A stretch of DNA of 63,712 nucleotides, filler included, from Octopus bimaculoides (lineage: Eukaryota), in assembly GCF_001194135.2 (NCBI RefSeq). It is 6 parts of 6 records of this genome, joined end to end, with 100 filler letters (N's around TTAATTAATTAA, not from the genome) between each part and the next. Parts side by side here need not be neighbours in the genome. Positions count along the whole stretch, not along the records: positions 23,476 to 47,899 come from NC_068989.1; 5 more parts are not named here. One strand, written 5' to 3'. A program made the translations under genes and the position numbers. Below, piece by piece: positions 26,450 through 39,549 of the stretch. The notes beneath the pieces were generated by a model, which saw nothing but the letters and a program-made list of their open reading frames with translations, was not told where the DNA came from and searched no databases. Position 1 is the stretch's first letter; the number at the start of each line of letters is the position of its first letter.

Positions 26450-26515
<66 letters not shown>
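26450..26515. repeat. (GCA)/(GTA)n microsatellite
   Basis: Direct reading. Confidence 0.95.
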
Positions 26516-26749
26516 TTGGTTTTGTGGAGGGGGATTCACATTCGCTGTGTCCTGTCAATTAATTCAGTATTGTTAGCATTCGGACCAAACTTCTCCGTTT
26601 AACGATGCCCATTTAGCTCTGTTATATTCCTCCCTTCCGCCACCGAACCCCGCTAAGTAATCTCAGACGCCCTGCAGTAAGGTCCTGGGCGTTTGCCTTT
26701 CTTTTCTAAGACTAAACAATACAACTACACAAAACAAAACATTTCATTT

Positions 26750-26820
26750 CTCTCTCACCTTACACTCTCCCTCTCTCTCCTTCTCTCCCTCTCTCTCCTT
26801 CTCTCTCTCTCTCTCTCTCT
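26750..26820. repeat. (CT)n-rich tract
   Basis: Direct reading. Confidence 0.9.
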
Positions 26821-27099
26821 AACGAAGAGTTTCTGCCCAGTACGTTAGACACTAATCTTCTTCCTCACAACAAAATCATTTGTTCCACTTTATATCATAT
26901 AACATACCCACATTAACTTATCAGCCGACAGCTTTATCAGAGGAATTCATTGGAAACTTTGCCTCTGATGGAGTGAAAGGTTAAAGTGTCTTATAAGATA
27001 AAACGTTCTCGAAAAACAAAATGGAGTTGGATATTACATTATAAAAGCGTTTTGCAGTCGTTGTTATTATGATTGTTGTTGTTTCTGTTGCTCTTATCA

Positions 27100-27331
27100 A
27101 AAGTAAGGGCGGTGGATTCTAGGATCGTCAGAGCATTGAACAAAATGCTTTGCTGTATTTCTTCGCGCTCTTTACATTCGATTTCCAAACACCACTGAGG
27201 TCAACTTTGCCTTTCATCCTTTCGGTGTCGATGAAATAAAAATACCTGTCAAGAACTGGGGTCAATGTAATCAACTTGCCTCTCTAAAACTGCTGGCCTT
27301 GTGTCAAAATTAAAAAAAATTATTGTTATTA

Positions 27332-27381
<50 letters not shown>

Positions 27382-28473
27382 GAGAGGAGTAAAATATACG
27401 AAGCCCAGTATACCCATCCTAATTACCCGTCTGATAAGGGTAGGCCAGGTACATGCATCACAACCATATGTGCGTGACATGGTGATCTCATATCAAGATA
27501 AATAGCGCATGACTTCGCAGGTGGGACCCACTTAGAATTTTCTTTGGGTCGAGTAGCCCATCCCGCTCAAAAGATCCCTGAATAAGGGTTGTTTAAGGAT
27601 GTTCAACGAAACACCCATGTTTCCAAAGGTGAATTATCCAAACCCCATAGAATTCATCTCAGCACATCGCTATGATGCTCCCCGACTACTTCTGCTCATG
27701 ATCAGAGATGCACATATCGTCAGCCACCAAGGGACATGCTCAACTGGTTAAGGTCAAGCAACTGACAAGAAAATCTGTGTTATTGAGCAGAATATTTGTT
27801 GTAGCCCATCTCTAAATTTCTCTAAAAGTTTCTCTAAAATTGCTGGCCTTATGCCAAATTTAAAACCATATATTCGGAGAGCAGGTAGAATCGTTAGCGT
27901 ATCGGACAAAATGTTTCGTAGCATTTCTTCCGGTTTCATGTCATGAGTTTCAATTATGCCGAGGCCGACTTTACATTTCATTCTTTTAGGGTCGATAAAT
28001 AAGTACCAGTTGAGTACAGGGGTCGATGTAATCGACTAGCTCTCTTACCTCAATATTTCAGAACTTGTGCCTATAATAGAAAGAATATTCATTTCGACTG
28101 TCTTCGCTCTGGGTTCAATTTCCGTCGAAGTCAACTTTACCTTCCATCATTTCGGAGTTGATAATAAAGTACCATTCTAGGACTGGTGGAACAGCTAGAG
28201 CGTCGGATCGGATGCCTTGCAGCATTTGTGCTGGCTCTTTACATTCTGAGTTCAAATACAACCACAGTCTATGGCGGTGAGCTGGCAGAATCGTTAGCAC
28301 GCTGGACGAAATACTTAGCGGTACGTTCTGAGTTCAAATTCCGTCGAAGTCGACTTTGCCTTTTATCCTTTCGGGGTCGGTAAAATAAGTATCAGAGAAA
28401 CACTGGGGTCGATGTAATCAACTAATCTCCTCCCCCTAAAATTTCAGGCCTTGTGCCTAGAGTAGAAAAGAAA
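27100..28473 (+). mobile_element. Cluster of about five same-orientation tRNA-derived SINE family A copies, with a TAA-family element (27380-27790, minus) among them
   Basis: The motif gagttcaaattccg..gaggtcgactttgcctttcatcctttcggggtcgat recurs at about 27180, 27950, 28115, 28250 (partial) and 28330. The best copy is 28273-28473. Confidence 0.8.
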
Positions 28474-28914
28474 TACAAAAGCAGTCTACTTGGGAGACTC
28501 AACCAGTTAGCTGGTTTAACACCATTACCTGGCACCTTGTGTACTTTTAGCGGAGTCCATTCTGCTGTAAAAGTTTGAATCACGTTTCTAGTTTGTGGGT
28601 ATATTTCTTCCTCCTTCCCACCTATCCTGGAGGGTCTTGAACAGGTTATGAGCACTAGCCTATCTCCTGACCAAAAGACAATAAAATAAAGCAAAGCAAT
28701 TCAGTTTTTAGAACATAAATACTTTGATATTACTCGTCTAGTATTATGAGAAAGATTAATGAGAAAAATGTTACTAAAGTTAACCTGTTCATTAAAAAAA
28801 GACGTGAAATGATTGAAAAAACCCAGATGTGTTACAGTCGATTCAGTAAGTACACAGAGGTTAACAATTGTAAAGATAAAAAAATTTTCCATCTGAAGGA
28901 AGAAATGTATTTTT

Positions 28915-28945
<31 letters not shown>

Positions 28946-29699
28946 CGCTCTCCCCATAACTGAGTAATTTCTCTTAGAATTTCAGTTTAGTTATCTTCAG
29001 AAATAAATATTTCCACAAGAAAATAAAGGAGGTATTTGGCATTTACTCTGCACATGAGATATAATCTAAAAAAACGCATAGACTTGGAGGTGGAAAAAAA
29101 CAAACAAACAATGAAAAGAAGCTATTTGAGGTAAAAAAGAAAAACTGCATTTAAAAGAACATTGGAAATTGGGAATGAAAGACGTAACTTAGTATGAGGA
29201 TATAGATGATTCTGAAATGAACAGAACTAGCATGATTGTATCCGTAAATAAAATTTCTGTCAGCGGCTATATGAAAAATTTGGGATACGGATGATAAATT
29301 CATAAGAAATTCGGTTTTAAAGAATCTCAGTGTTTAAAGAAATTTTATGTGGCGAGGGATATATAGAGTAAACGATAAGCTGTTAACATATCTAGAGAAT
29401 AACACGGTTCCGATGTCAGTCGCACCACTGATGTAGTATCTTGGCTTAATTGTGAGAGTGTTGGATAGATTACATTGCTGTAGTCGTTACAGATCTTTGT
29501 GATTTGAGTTCAAACAGCACTGAGGTCAACTTTGATTTTCATCATTTCGGGATCGATAAATAAAGTACCAGTGCAGGACTGGGATGGATTCTTCTCTGTT
29601 TCTAGCTGTCTGTTTGACACTCTTTCTGAAAAAAATCGAGTAAGGTTATACTTGGGTTCCATCAAACATTGATAATGTTCAAGACATGTTTTATGAAAG

Positions 29700-29880
29700 T
29701 GTATTCAGCTGAATACATGTCATTGATTGGTTGAAATTACTGAAATACGATAACTTTAACACGAAATAACTTTGAAAATATAAACATTTTCTCAACAGCA
29801 CTAAGAGTAAAAGATGTTTTATATGTCACATTCTACCAGTGTCCGAAGTTTGAAAGTGTTTAGTTACAAAAAATTAATTT
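29700..29880. mobile_element. Solo arm of the inverted-repeat (MITE-like) family also seen at 33442-34102 and 36110-36210
   Basis: Shared cagctgaata..ttggttgaaattac..aaatacga.aactttaac..cacattctaccagtgtcc. Confidence 0.65.
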
Positions 29881-30698
29881 CTTGATGTGCCGTTCAAAGG
29901 GAAAGGATCCAAGAAAGACGAAGTTAACCTCGGTGAAATTCGAACACAAGACCTGAAGACGGATGGAATGCCGCTGTGCATTTTTGTGCAGCGTGCTAAC
30001 GATTTTGTCAGTTCATGTATCTATGTTAAAAATAATTAGAAGAAAAGTAGGTAGCAGAATCATTAAAGCGGCGAACAGAACGATTTGAGACATTTTAGCT
30101 CTTTACGTTCTGAGTTCAAATCCCGCCAAGGTCAACTTTACTTTTCATTCATTTAATATTATTAAAATAAGTACCGGTAAATTACTGACGGCAATGTTAC
30201 CCACTTACCCACAACCTCAAAATCATTGGCCTTGTGCCTAAAGCAGAAATAATTAACTTATACTTCATTTAATAGAATATTTTCCTATATGAAAACACAG
30301 CCTACTTTTGTACAATAACATAAGCATATCAACATTCTAGCAGAAAAAGATAATAGTGGTGACTCAAAATAGCAAAATAATATAATTTACATTAGAGCGA
30401 TACAAAACATCTGAAGTGGTACTTTATAAATTCCTAGCTTCCAGAGTAAACATTTTCATAAGGGGTTCACAAAGAATAAGGCCTGGTGAGAAAAGGGAAA
30501 AGAAATCCAGAAGAGAGGTAATACAATAGTTAGTTCTAAATATTCTGTTACTTATTAAGTAATGTCATAAGGACGTTTCCGGTATACCTAGACATCAGGA
30601 TGTAACAGCACGCGTGTAAATGTGTGTGAGGTTGTATATGATTGTCCGTTTATGTGATTGTGTGTATGTGTGTGTGGTTGAAATGTCATCAATGGACA

Positions 30699-30731
<33 letters not shown>

Positions 30732-31159
30732 AGAAAATCTGTATGTAAACGTGTCTGTGTGGACGTGCGCAGGTGCTTGTATGAAAAATGTAAAATGCGT
30801 GGGTTTTATGTATAAATGTGTGTGCGTGTGTGAGAGAAAGAAAGAGAGAGACTGTGTCGGGGGGGTGAGGTAAAGAAGGAACAAATGTAAGTGTACGGGT
30901 CTGTGTTTGTATACTTTGGCTGTGTTTGCATGTATTTGAATGAATCTTCATTTGTATGTACGTGAGCGCATCTCTGTGTATGTATGCGTTATGTGCCTGC
31001 CTACGTCTTCTATAAATATGTAGGTGTGTTCTTCTGTAAATATACAATTTATGTTAATTTATAAATTCGTATGAGGCTGTCTGTGAATAAACGTACGAAG
31101 TTGTATATGTGAAAACGCACGTCTGCGTATATGCTCCATATCCTTATACGGGCATCGTG

Positions 31160-31620
31160 AAGGCGCGTGGCTTAATGGCTAGGGTATTTGGTTCATTATC
31201 GTGAAGTCGTGAGCTCGATTCCCGGCGTGCGCTGTTTTCTCGAGCAAGAACTCTATCTCACGTTACTCCAGTTCACTCAGCAAGAATGAGTTGTACCAGT
31301 AATTCAAAAGGTCAGCCACGTCACATTCTACGTCATGCTGAATCTCCCTGGGTACGTGTGTCAGCCTTGTCGGTGGAACTGGGTAAATAGGAGCTATTTG
31401 GAAGTTCATTGGGTGGATTGTAACTCTAATTCAAAGATCCAAACCAAGTCATATACTGCGTTATGCTGATTCTACCTGAGAGCTACGCAAAGGTTACACG
31501 TGTCTTTAGAACACTCAGCCATATAAACTTTTAAACGAGTAGATAGTTCAGCTGTTCGAAACAACTAAATATTCATCGTTAAAACTAATGGAGATCCATT
31601 TATGTTGCCAGTCGAGTGAC
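31160..31620 (+). mobile_element. Degenerate tRNA-headed SINE (family C variant)
   Basis: ggcgcgtggcttaatggctaggg (A box), gagctcgattccc (B box) and gagcaagaactctatctcacgttactccagttcactcagc, similar to 52914-53244 but with a different tail. Confidence 0.65.
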
Positions 31621-32862
31621 TTCCTTGCTGCTACCTCTTCAGAGTTCTTTTTTTTTTTTTTTTTGTAGCTATAATAGTAATGAAAGTGCAATCTGGCCGA
31701 ATTGTTAAGAATTTTGCTTCGCAACCACGTGGATATCTTCCTCCTCCTCCTCCTCTCCTACCAGTCTGAAAAGTCTTGTAAAGGAACGTGGGCGCTGTCT
31801 TTCCCTCATGGCTAAATGATACACGAAAAATAAGACCAAATTTTACCACCCTTTCCGTATGTCGCGGGCCACTTAATCAAAACGTTATAGAGTAATCTGC
31901 TTTTTTAAGATGTTACAGTGTGATCCAAGAAATCTAGCTGCTATTTCTAATAGGTCGAGTGATCATGTACAGGCTTCTCTGTTTTGGTTCGGTTTGACAT
32001 TCGTAATGGTGTAAGGTATATTTTAATTATGGATCACATACTCTTGGAGAGAATGGGTATATATGATATTAGGGAATATATTCTATTGGATGAGTTAGGA
32101 AACGACTCGCCTAAAGATGTCTTGCTACAAACATTGAAACGTGCGGAAAAGAGGAACATTTTCCATTCCCATAATTGGGGAAACCTTTTCTATTCCTTAA
32201 AATGGAGAAGAAAATATTTATTTAATAACTATGGTATTAGGCAAGAATATAGCAGTAGATTGACAAAATCTTTAGAGAGTCCAACAAAATGCTTTACAGT
32301 ATTTATTCCGGTTTATACATGTGTTATGTGAAAGTGCGTGGCCTAGTGATTAGGGTGTAGCACTCACCATCGTCAGATCGGAGTTCGATTTCCAGACCTC
32401 GTAAAACTCACATCAGCAACGACAACCCAAACAGAGATCCATGAGTTGGAGTTGGAGTTGGAGGGTTGTCGCCTGAGTGGTGCAGAGGCGTCATCTGCCA
32501 GGAGTAATGGAGAATCACCAACAAATGGTGGATGCAGCAACGTGCTGTTACACCACATGCCCCTATACTACTACTACTTTACGCTTTTAATCTTAATTCC
32601 ACCCAGATTAATTTTGCCATACATCTTTTTAGGGATCGATAAAAATATTGCGTCAGTCCAAAGCGATGGATTAGCGGAATAATTAGTGTGCCGGACAAAA
32701 TGTTGTTAAATATTTGTTCCGGCTCTTTCCATCCTGTGTTTGCCTGCAATGACTCTGGCTGCGAAGTTAATCCACTCTTGCAATAAAGAGCGAGGTTGTT
32801 CTGCATGGGTAACTGCTGCTTTCCTATTTGAAAAGAACCTTGCCCTGCTCTTTCCTCTAGAG

Positions 32863-33211
32863 CTGTGGTTTTCAACCAGGGTTCATATTGCCCCTGAAGG
32901 TCCATATAAGATTTTGCAGGGTCCATGCAACAAAATAGTAAATTAGGGATCCACAATAGTATTTTAAGGGTTCCTGAAAAAAATCTGTTTCAGATGTATG
33001 TATTGGTGTGTATTTCAAGAAACAGCTAGATTTCTTTCTCTAACATTTTATATAATTCAGCTTACACAAGTTAAAGTGTGAAAAACAAAATAGGAATTTT
33101 AAAAGAAGTTTCTATAAAACTAGTTTTTAAACCTTGAATGGCTATGGGGTCCACCAGAATAAAATAGTAATCAAAAAGGTCTATAGATAAAAAAATGGTT
33201 GAGAACCCCTG
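32863..33211. mobile_element. hAT-Charlie-type non-autonomous MITE with 8-bp target-site duplication
   Basis: Termini CTGTGGTTTTCAACC ... GGTTGAGAACCCCTG. Flanks CTCTAGAG (32855-32862) and CTCTTGAG (33212-33219) match 7/8 and fit the NTCTAGAN Charlie target. Confidence 0.88.
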
Positions 33212-33441
33212 CTCTTGAGAAATATTTTCTTTGAGAACATAGTCAGTCTTAAAAGACTGCGGCATTAGTGAGGCAAAGATGTTTTCAATTATCAAAGTTA
33301 TTCTTTGAGATAAATAAACGTTAAAAGTTTATATTTAGAAAATATAACAACGGACACGAAAATTTATTCAACATCAAATTAGTAAAACTGAATATAAATG
33401 TAGAACAGAGAATAAAATATAATGTGTTTATTGTGAACAAG

Positions 33442-34102
33442 AATATTTGGATCTTGTTCAAAACGGGGGCACCAGTTTTCATTTATGTTTTATGTAGTGT
33501 TTTTGGTACCGAAAGACTTTCAAACTTCGTATACTTATCTATTTTGTGTTATAGAGCAGAAAAACATTTTTGTATTCGAATTTATTTCATGTAAGAAATT
33601 GTCTTATTTCGATAATTTCAACCAATCACTGACAAGTATTCAGCTGTTTATACTTACTCCTTTGGCAGTTTAAGCACTGTAAAGCGTATTTAATCTCCAT
33701 TACTTCTGACATTTTGCAGAGAGGCAACACACGTGTGTTCGTTTTCCCTAACCCTAACCCTAATTGNNNNNNNNNNNNNNNNNNNNNNNNNNNNNNNNNN
33801 NNNNNNNNNNNNNNNNNNNNNNNNNNAAGGAAATAATAATTTTATCACCGCCAGAATCGTTTGAGAATCGTTTGTTTACGAAGTCAGCACTTAATGTATT
33901 CGGCTGAATGGACGTCAGTCATTGGTTGAAATTACAGAAATACGACAACTTTAACATGAAATAACTTGCGATGTACGTTCTTTTGCTAAGAAGACTAAGA
34001 GAAAAAGATGTTTTATATGACACATTCTACCAGTGTCCCAAGTTTCAAAGTGTTTCGTTAAGAAAATACTGGTGCCCCCGTTTTGAACAAGATCCGAATA
34101 TT
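33442..34102. mobile_element. Fold-back / MITE-like element with long inverted arms; centre holds (CCCTAA)3 and an N gap
   Basis: aatatttggatcttgttcaaaacgggggcaccag (33442-33475) is the near-perfect reverse complement of 34069-34102. Weaker complementarity extends about 190 bp inward. Confidence 0.75.
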
Positions 34103-34425
34103 TTAATACCCGATACATCTGGTAGTTTTCAGACGTTTATCAAAGACTTTTCAACGGTGACGATTTCTCTTTTTCTTTTATCTTCATTAACTTGAGAAAA
34201 ATTTACAGGCTTGGTCAAGATCAATAAAAACAAGCTCTATAAATCCTTCTTAAAAGATTTACTGTCTCTTTTAGATTTAAATTAAAATCTACTAATGGAA
34301 GATTTGGCGAAGGTAGAACGGGACGATGGGACAGAGGGCAGTGTTATGATATCACGAGACAAGAAGACAAGCATATGAAAATATAAGAAAACAATACTAG
34401 CGCTGCTATTTTTCGACTAAAACCT

Positions 34426-34636
34426 TTCAAAGCGGTGCCCCAGTATGGCCGCAGTCCAATGACCGAAACAAGTAAACGATAAACTGGCACTTCGTCGGTT
34501 GCGGCGACGTGAGTTCCAGTGTATTCGATCAACGCAACAGCCTGCTAGTGAAATTAACGTGCAAGTGGCTGAGAACTCCAATTCTTCAAGGCGGTGCCCC
34601 AGCATGGTCACAGTCTAATGACTAAAACAAGTAAAA
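34426..34636. mobile_element. Two direct copies of the SINE-B tail flanking an inverted fragment of the SINE-C-variant tail
   Basis: ttcaa(a/g)gcggtgccccag.atgg.c.cagtc.aatgac..aaacaagtaaa at 34426-34476 and 34585-34635. Confidence 0.65.
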
Positions 34637-35338
34637 GAAGGTAAAAAATAAAAGACATGACAATGGAGTGAGTGCCAAGGAGGCAAGAAAAAAGCGAACG
34701 AATTTATGTGACAACTCAAAATTTAAACGGTTGTCCCTCACAAATGAAGTCTTGTAACCTCATCGGCAGAAAAGTACATGAGAGAGTTAATGGTAGTATG
34801 AGAAAACGTATTGCTAAATCATTAAATCAAACATAATTTGACAGACAGCAGAAGATAGATTTATATTAAGAGAACAAGACATTAATGAAAATAAATGTAG
34901 ATTCTCTGATGACTTTCTTAGAAAGTTGTATGATAAGTTATTAATTATATCAAATGATAAATGAAAAGATACAGCGACAGGAAGTTATATCGGGAAAATG
35001 AGATTTGAAATCCCTGTTCTTATAGTACATATATCAAGATGACATTCTCAAGTTGCTTTTCCGATCGCCAACGTTAATTCACCTGGATACAACGAATTAA
35101 TGCAAATAAGTTAGTTTCCTTCCCACAGACAATTTTCATTTATTAACTGTTAGCATGATTTTTTTTTTATTGTGTGTCATTATCTTTTATCAAATGTCAA
35201 CAACATCTATTAAAACATCTGCAATTCTTTGTTTAAATTGTTTCATGTTAAGTTGAAGGAAATTTAATTCTTACGCTTTTTCCTTTTTCTTTCTAACCTT
35301 TTTTTTTACAGCAGAGCTGTAATTAATATTTTCAAATC

Positions 35339-35516
35339 ATGCTTAGCGGTATTTCGTCCGTCTTTACGTTTTGAGTTCAAATTCCGCTGAGTTCGACTTT
35401 GCCTTTCATCCTTTCGGGGTCGATAAATTAAGTACCAGTTGCTTACTGGGATCGATCTAATCGACTGCCTCACTCCCCAAAATTTCGGGCCTTATGCCTA
35501 GAGCAGAAAAGAATAT
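35339..35516 (+). mobile_element. SINE family A copy
   Basis: B box GAGTTCAAATTCC plus the family body and tail. Confidence 0.85.
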
Positions 35517-36054
35517 TTTCAGATCATTATTTTTTTATTTCTCTAAGTTCGCTTTCACGACAGAATATATATTGCACGATGCATTTTCCATTGTAACGCT
35601 TATATATATTGTCACTATAGTTTGGGTTTATAATTTTTTCAAAAATCATTAGTGACGAATGGAATTTAATATAGCCAAGGAAAAAACTGAAATGGTTTGA
35701 GAACTAAGTGTTTTCCCCAGAGTTTTGTTGCTATTATTTGATATTTTAATTATATATCTTAGTTAAATCAGGAAACACTGTGTCAATAACCTTTGCAAGC
35801 TTTCATAGAATGGTAAGATTGATGTAACCATACAAACTGGTTAAATATCTACAGAGGGAAAAACGTAATCGAGTAGAGAAACAAGAACGTTTGTCATGTG
35901 TTTATATTGCTTATAGGAGTGGAATTTGATTAAGTCATTTGGTAGCGTTCCGTGTTCAAATCCCGCCGAAATCTACCATTCATCCTTTCGAGTACTAAAA
36001 TTATTCATTGTTCTTATTCAGTTAATATTTCGTGCAGTACATTTGATTTATTTT

Positions 36055-36085
<31 letters not shown>

Positions 36086-36571
36086 TGCATTTAATCAGTA
36101 TTGCATTTAAAGGGTGTTGAGAAAAGTTTGTATTTTCAAAGTTATTTCGTGTTAAAGTTGTCGCATTTTGGTAATTTCAACCAATCAATGACGTGCATTC
36201 AGCTGAATAAAATTACTTCTGTTGTTTGTCAATTAAGTATGTGTTCAACGATCGTCGAGATTCCTCATCATCTATGTAGCCAGTTTCTTCAAGAAACAAA
36301 TTTCATCGTTTCCATTTTCAGCAATTTCAAAGTTTAGTGCTTAAATCATAGAATTGATATTAATATTTTAACGTGCATTATTAATAAATCTTGTCTCTTC
36401 AAATACAACTCTATTATCGCCATGACAAAACTACAAGCTTAGATGAGCTTTCGGGATTCTTTACGACAAAAAAAACCATTATTGGATGCAAACTATTATA
36501 ACATCTAGTAGTTGATGTAATCGACTTGCCCCTTCCTCGAAATTGCTGAATCTGTGTGTGTGTATATATAC

Positions 36572-36618
<47 letters not shown>

Positions 36619-36784
36619 GTCCCCGTAACTTAGCGATTCGGCAAAAGAGACCGATAGGGAAATACCAGGCTTAATAAAATAGATAAGTCATGGGGTCGAT
36701 TTGTTCGACTAGAACCCTTCAAGGCGGTGCCTTAGCATGAAACAAGTAAAAGATAAAAAAATAATATATATATATGTGATCAAT

Positions 36785-36792
<8 letters not shown>

Positions 36793-36870
<78 letters not shown>
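36793..36870. repeat. (TA)n microsatellite
   Basis: Direct reading. Confidence 0.95.
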
Positions 36871-36873
<3 letters not shown>

Positions 36874-36980
36874 TCACATGCATATATTTAGATATATGTA
36901 ATTATACATACACATACACACACATAGACAAATATATATGAAAGGAAATGTTAAATTTTATATAAAATACATATACACAA

Positions 36981-37212
36981 GGCGGTGAGCTGGCAGAATC
37001 ACCAGCACGCCGAACGATATGCCTAGTGGTATTTCGTCTGCCGTTACGTTTTGAGTTCAAATCCCGCCGAGGTCGACTTTTCTTTTCATCTTTTCGGGGG
37101 TCGATTAAATAAGTACAAGTTATACACCAGGGTCGGTATAATCGACTTAATCCCTTTGTCTGTCCTTGTTTGTCCTCCCTACGTTTAGTCGCCTGTGGGC
37201 AATAAAGAAATA
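36981..37212 (+). mobile_element. Full-length SINE family A copy (long-tail variant)
   Basis: GGCGGTGAGCTGGCAGAA head, GAGTTCAAATCCC B box. Reverse-complement match to 61903-62133. Confidence 0.88.
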
Positions 37213-38410
37213 AATATTTATACACATTTAAATAAGCTGAAAAAGAACAATAAATATTTATTCTGCATATTAATTTCAGTGTTACAAAGCTAGAAACTTT
37301 TTTAAAAAGTAGAAAGATAAAAGAAACTATAGTCACCTCGATTTAATGATTTGCAAATAGGTAATCTTTTTATTCTGTTCTGAATTCAGATCTCGCTGAG
37401 TTCAATTTTGATGAATGTTTTGCTCGAAATGTTAAGAATTTCATTTTCCACTAGCATTATACATAATCTAAGATGCATTAATGTGATGTATTATACTATT
37501 CCACTCTTCAATATCATAATATATCATCTGAATGTTGGTGTATATTGTAAATGAATGTTGGTGTATATTTTGCGTAGTAAGTGCAGTATGGTCGAAACTC
37601 GTTTTGCAACCACGAGATCCTGGATTCGATCCCACTGTATGGCATCATGAGCAAATGTCATTTTCTTTATCCTTGAATGGCTTCATACTTTGTGAGCGAA
37701 AATGGGTAAACGGAAACTGTACTGAGACCCTTAGGTGGATTGGATCAGTTATTTAAAAGCGTAAGCCTTGTTACACTGTCATGTTGATTTTACCTGAGAA
37801 TTCCCTTAACAGTGCACATGTCCCTAGAATTGGTTGTCCATTTATACGTTAATTCAAGAGCAATTGATTCAGTTGAATGACTGACGAAATCTTCGTCGAC
37901 CAGTGACGGAGATCCACTACTACTGAATTTCACGTAAGACTATTTACTCTATCGAAATTATTTGCTAAACATGAAAATCCAGTCATTCAATGCCTATATT
38001 TAAATAAACAATAAGCAGACAAATAATACTGCGGTATTTTGGTACGAGTTTATACGTAAAGCCTTATAACTAAAGTTATATTCAAAGACATGTATGTATG
38101 TATGTATGTATGTATGATACCTATTTCTTACACTGGCACAAAGCCATATATTTGTAGCTGGAATTCTAGTTAATTGAATCGCTTCAGTACAGGTCTAGAA
38201 CTTATTGTGTCTGTTCAAAAGTAATAAAAAAAGCGAAATTAAAGCCAACGGAAATTTAAACGCCGAACCTAGGAAAGCCAAACTGAATAATGTAAATTAC
38301 AATGCATAAAATCTGAAAATATACCGTTCCTAAAATTTCACATTAAAATTTAGTATTTATATATATGTTGATTTCTTTCGAGGTATTTGATATACTGATT
38401 TTTATCTCAG

Positions 38411-38556
38411 TAACCCGTTTTCCACGGCCGCCTCCGATCGGGAGAGGAGCGGCCCGTTTCGCCCGTTTCGCCCGTTCCGAGTTCGAGAGTAGATCGAGGC
38501 CGTCAACGTTCCCACAGAATGGCAATGTTATTATTCGCGTGGTTGAAAGCCAGTAA
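38411..38556 (+). CDS. GC/CpG-rich island; candidate terminal exon encoding a Pro/Arg-rich peptide
   Basis: Acceptor gatttttatctcag| then TRFPRPPPIGRGAARFARFARSEFESRSRPSTFPQNGNVIIRVVESQ*. Contains a 9-bp unit GCCCGTTTC three times (38452-38478; third unit has one mismatch). Confidence 0.3.
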
Positions 38557-38559
38557 TTT

Positions 38560-38935
38560 TGAAGAAAGCAGCAACGAAGTGGATGACATCAACACCAATA
38601 TTTGACTGGTGTTTTATTTTATCAATCCCGGAGGAATGGATGGAAGGCAAGATCAACTTCGGTTGGCTTTTGAACTCAGAACCTAAAGAGTCGGAAGAAA
38701 AACCGCTAATGATTTTGTCAAACGTGCTAACGATTCTTTTCTACTAAAGGCACAAGGCCCGAAATTTGTGGAGAGGGGCTAGTCGATTAGACTGATCCCA
38801 GTACGCAACTGATACTTAATTTATCGGCCCCAAAAGGATGAAAGGCAAAGTCGACCTCGGTGGAATTTGAACTCATAACGTAATACCGCTAAGCATTTCG
38901 CCCGGCGTGCTAACGATTCTGCTACCTCACCATCC
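38560..38935 (-). mobile_element. Two tandem SINE family A copies
   Basis: aaggcaa(g)..tc.ac.tcgg..gg..tttgaactca and cgtgctaacgattct each occur twice. Confidence 0.8.
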
Positions 38936-39374
38936 TTAGAGATTTCTTTTAGTAGCATAAAATCACAATTTAACGAAAGCAAGATAAATTCGATAGGATT
39001 ATTTGTCCTTGGTACTTATTCTATTGTTCAGTGACGGAAATAAAACAATTCTGAAAAAATACATGGAAGTTTCAGTCGGAAAAGTTTATTTATGGAATAA
39101 ATTTGTATGTGTATTTGTGTGTGTGTGTGACAGAGAGAGAGAGAGTGGGGGAGAGACGAGAATCTTAATATTTCAGACCCAAAAATTCACTGAAGTCGAA
39201 ATCAGTTGGATCTGGATTCAGGACGGAGAATGATGGAATCACATACTGGCAGTAAATTTGATGAACTGCTGTTTCTGATATCTCGCCAATTTTTTGATTA
39301 TTTGACTCTGCAATACCGAAGTTATCAATAAGCAGAAACGTTGTTCTTTTTAAGTATTAATACTAGCTTTCCTC

Positions 39375-39408
<34 letters not shown>

Positions 39409-39549
39409 NNNNNNNNNNNNNNNNNNNNNNNNNNNNNNNNNNNNNNNNNNNNNNNNNNNNNNNNNNNNNNNNNNNNNNNNNNNNNNNNNNNNNNNNNNNN
39501 NNNNNNNNNNNNNNNNNNNNNNNNNNNNNNNNNNNNNNNNNNNNNGTGT

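Noticed and set aside
27100-28473. Regularly recurring ~40-bp motif resembling a repeat-spacer array
   Set aside because: The units are diverged SINE family A copies with homologous, not unique, intervening sequence. The context is eukaryotic and there are no cas genes.
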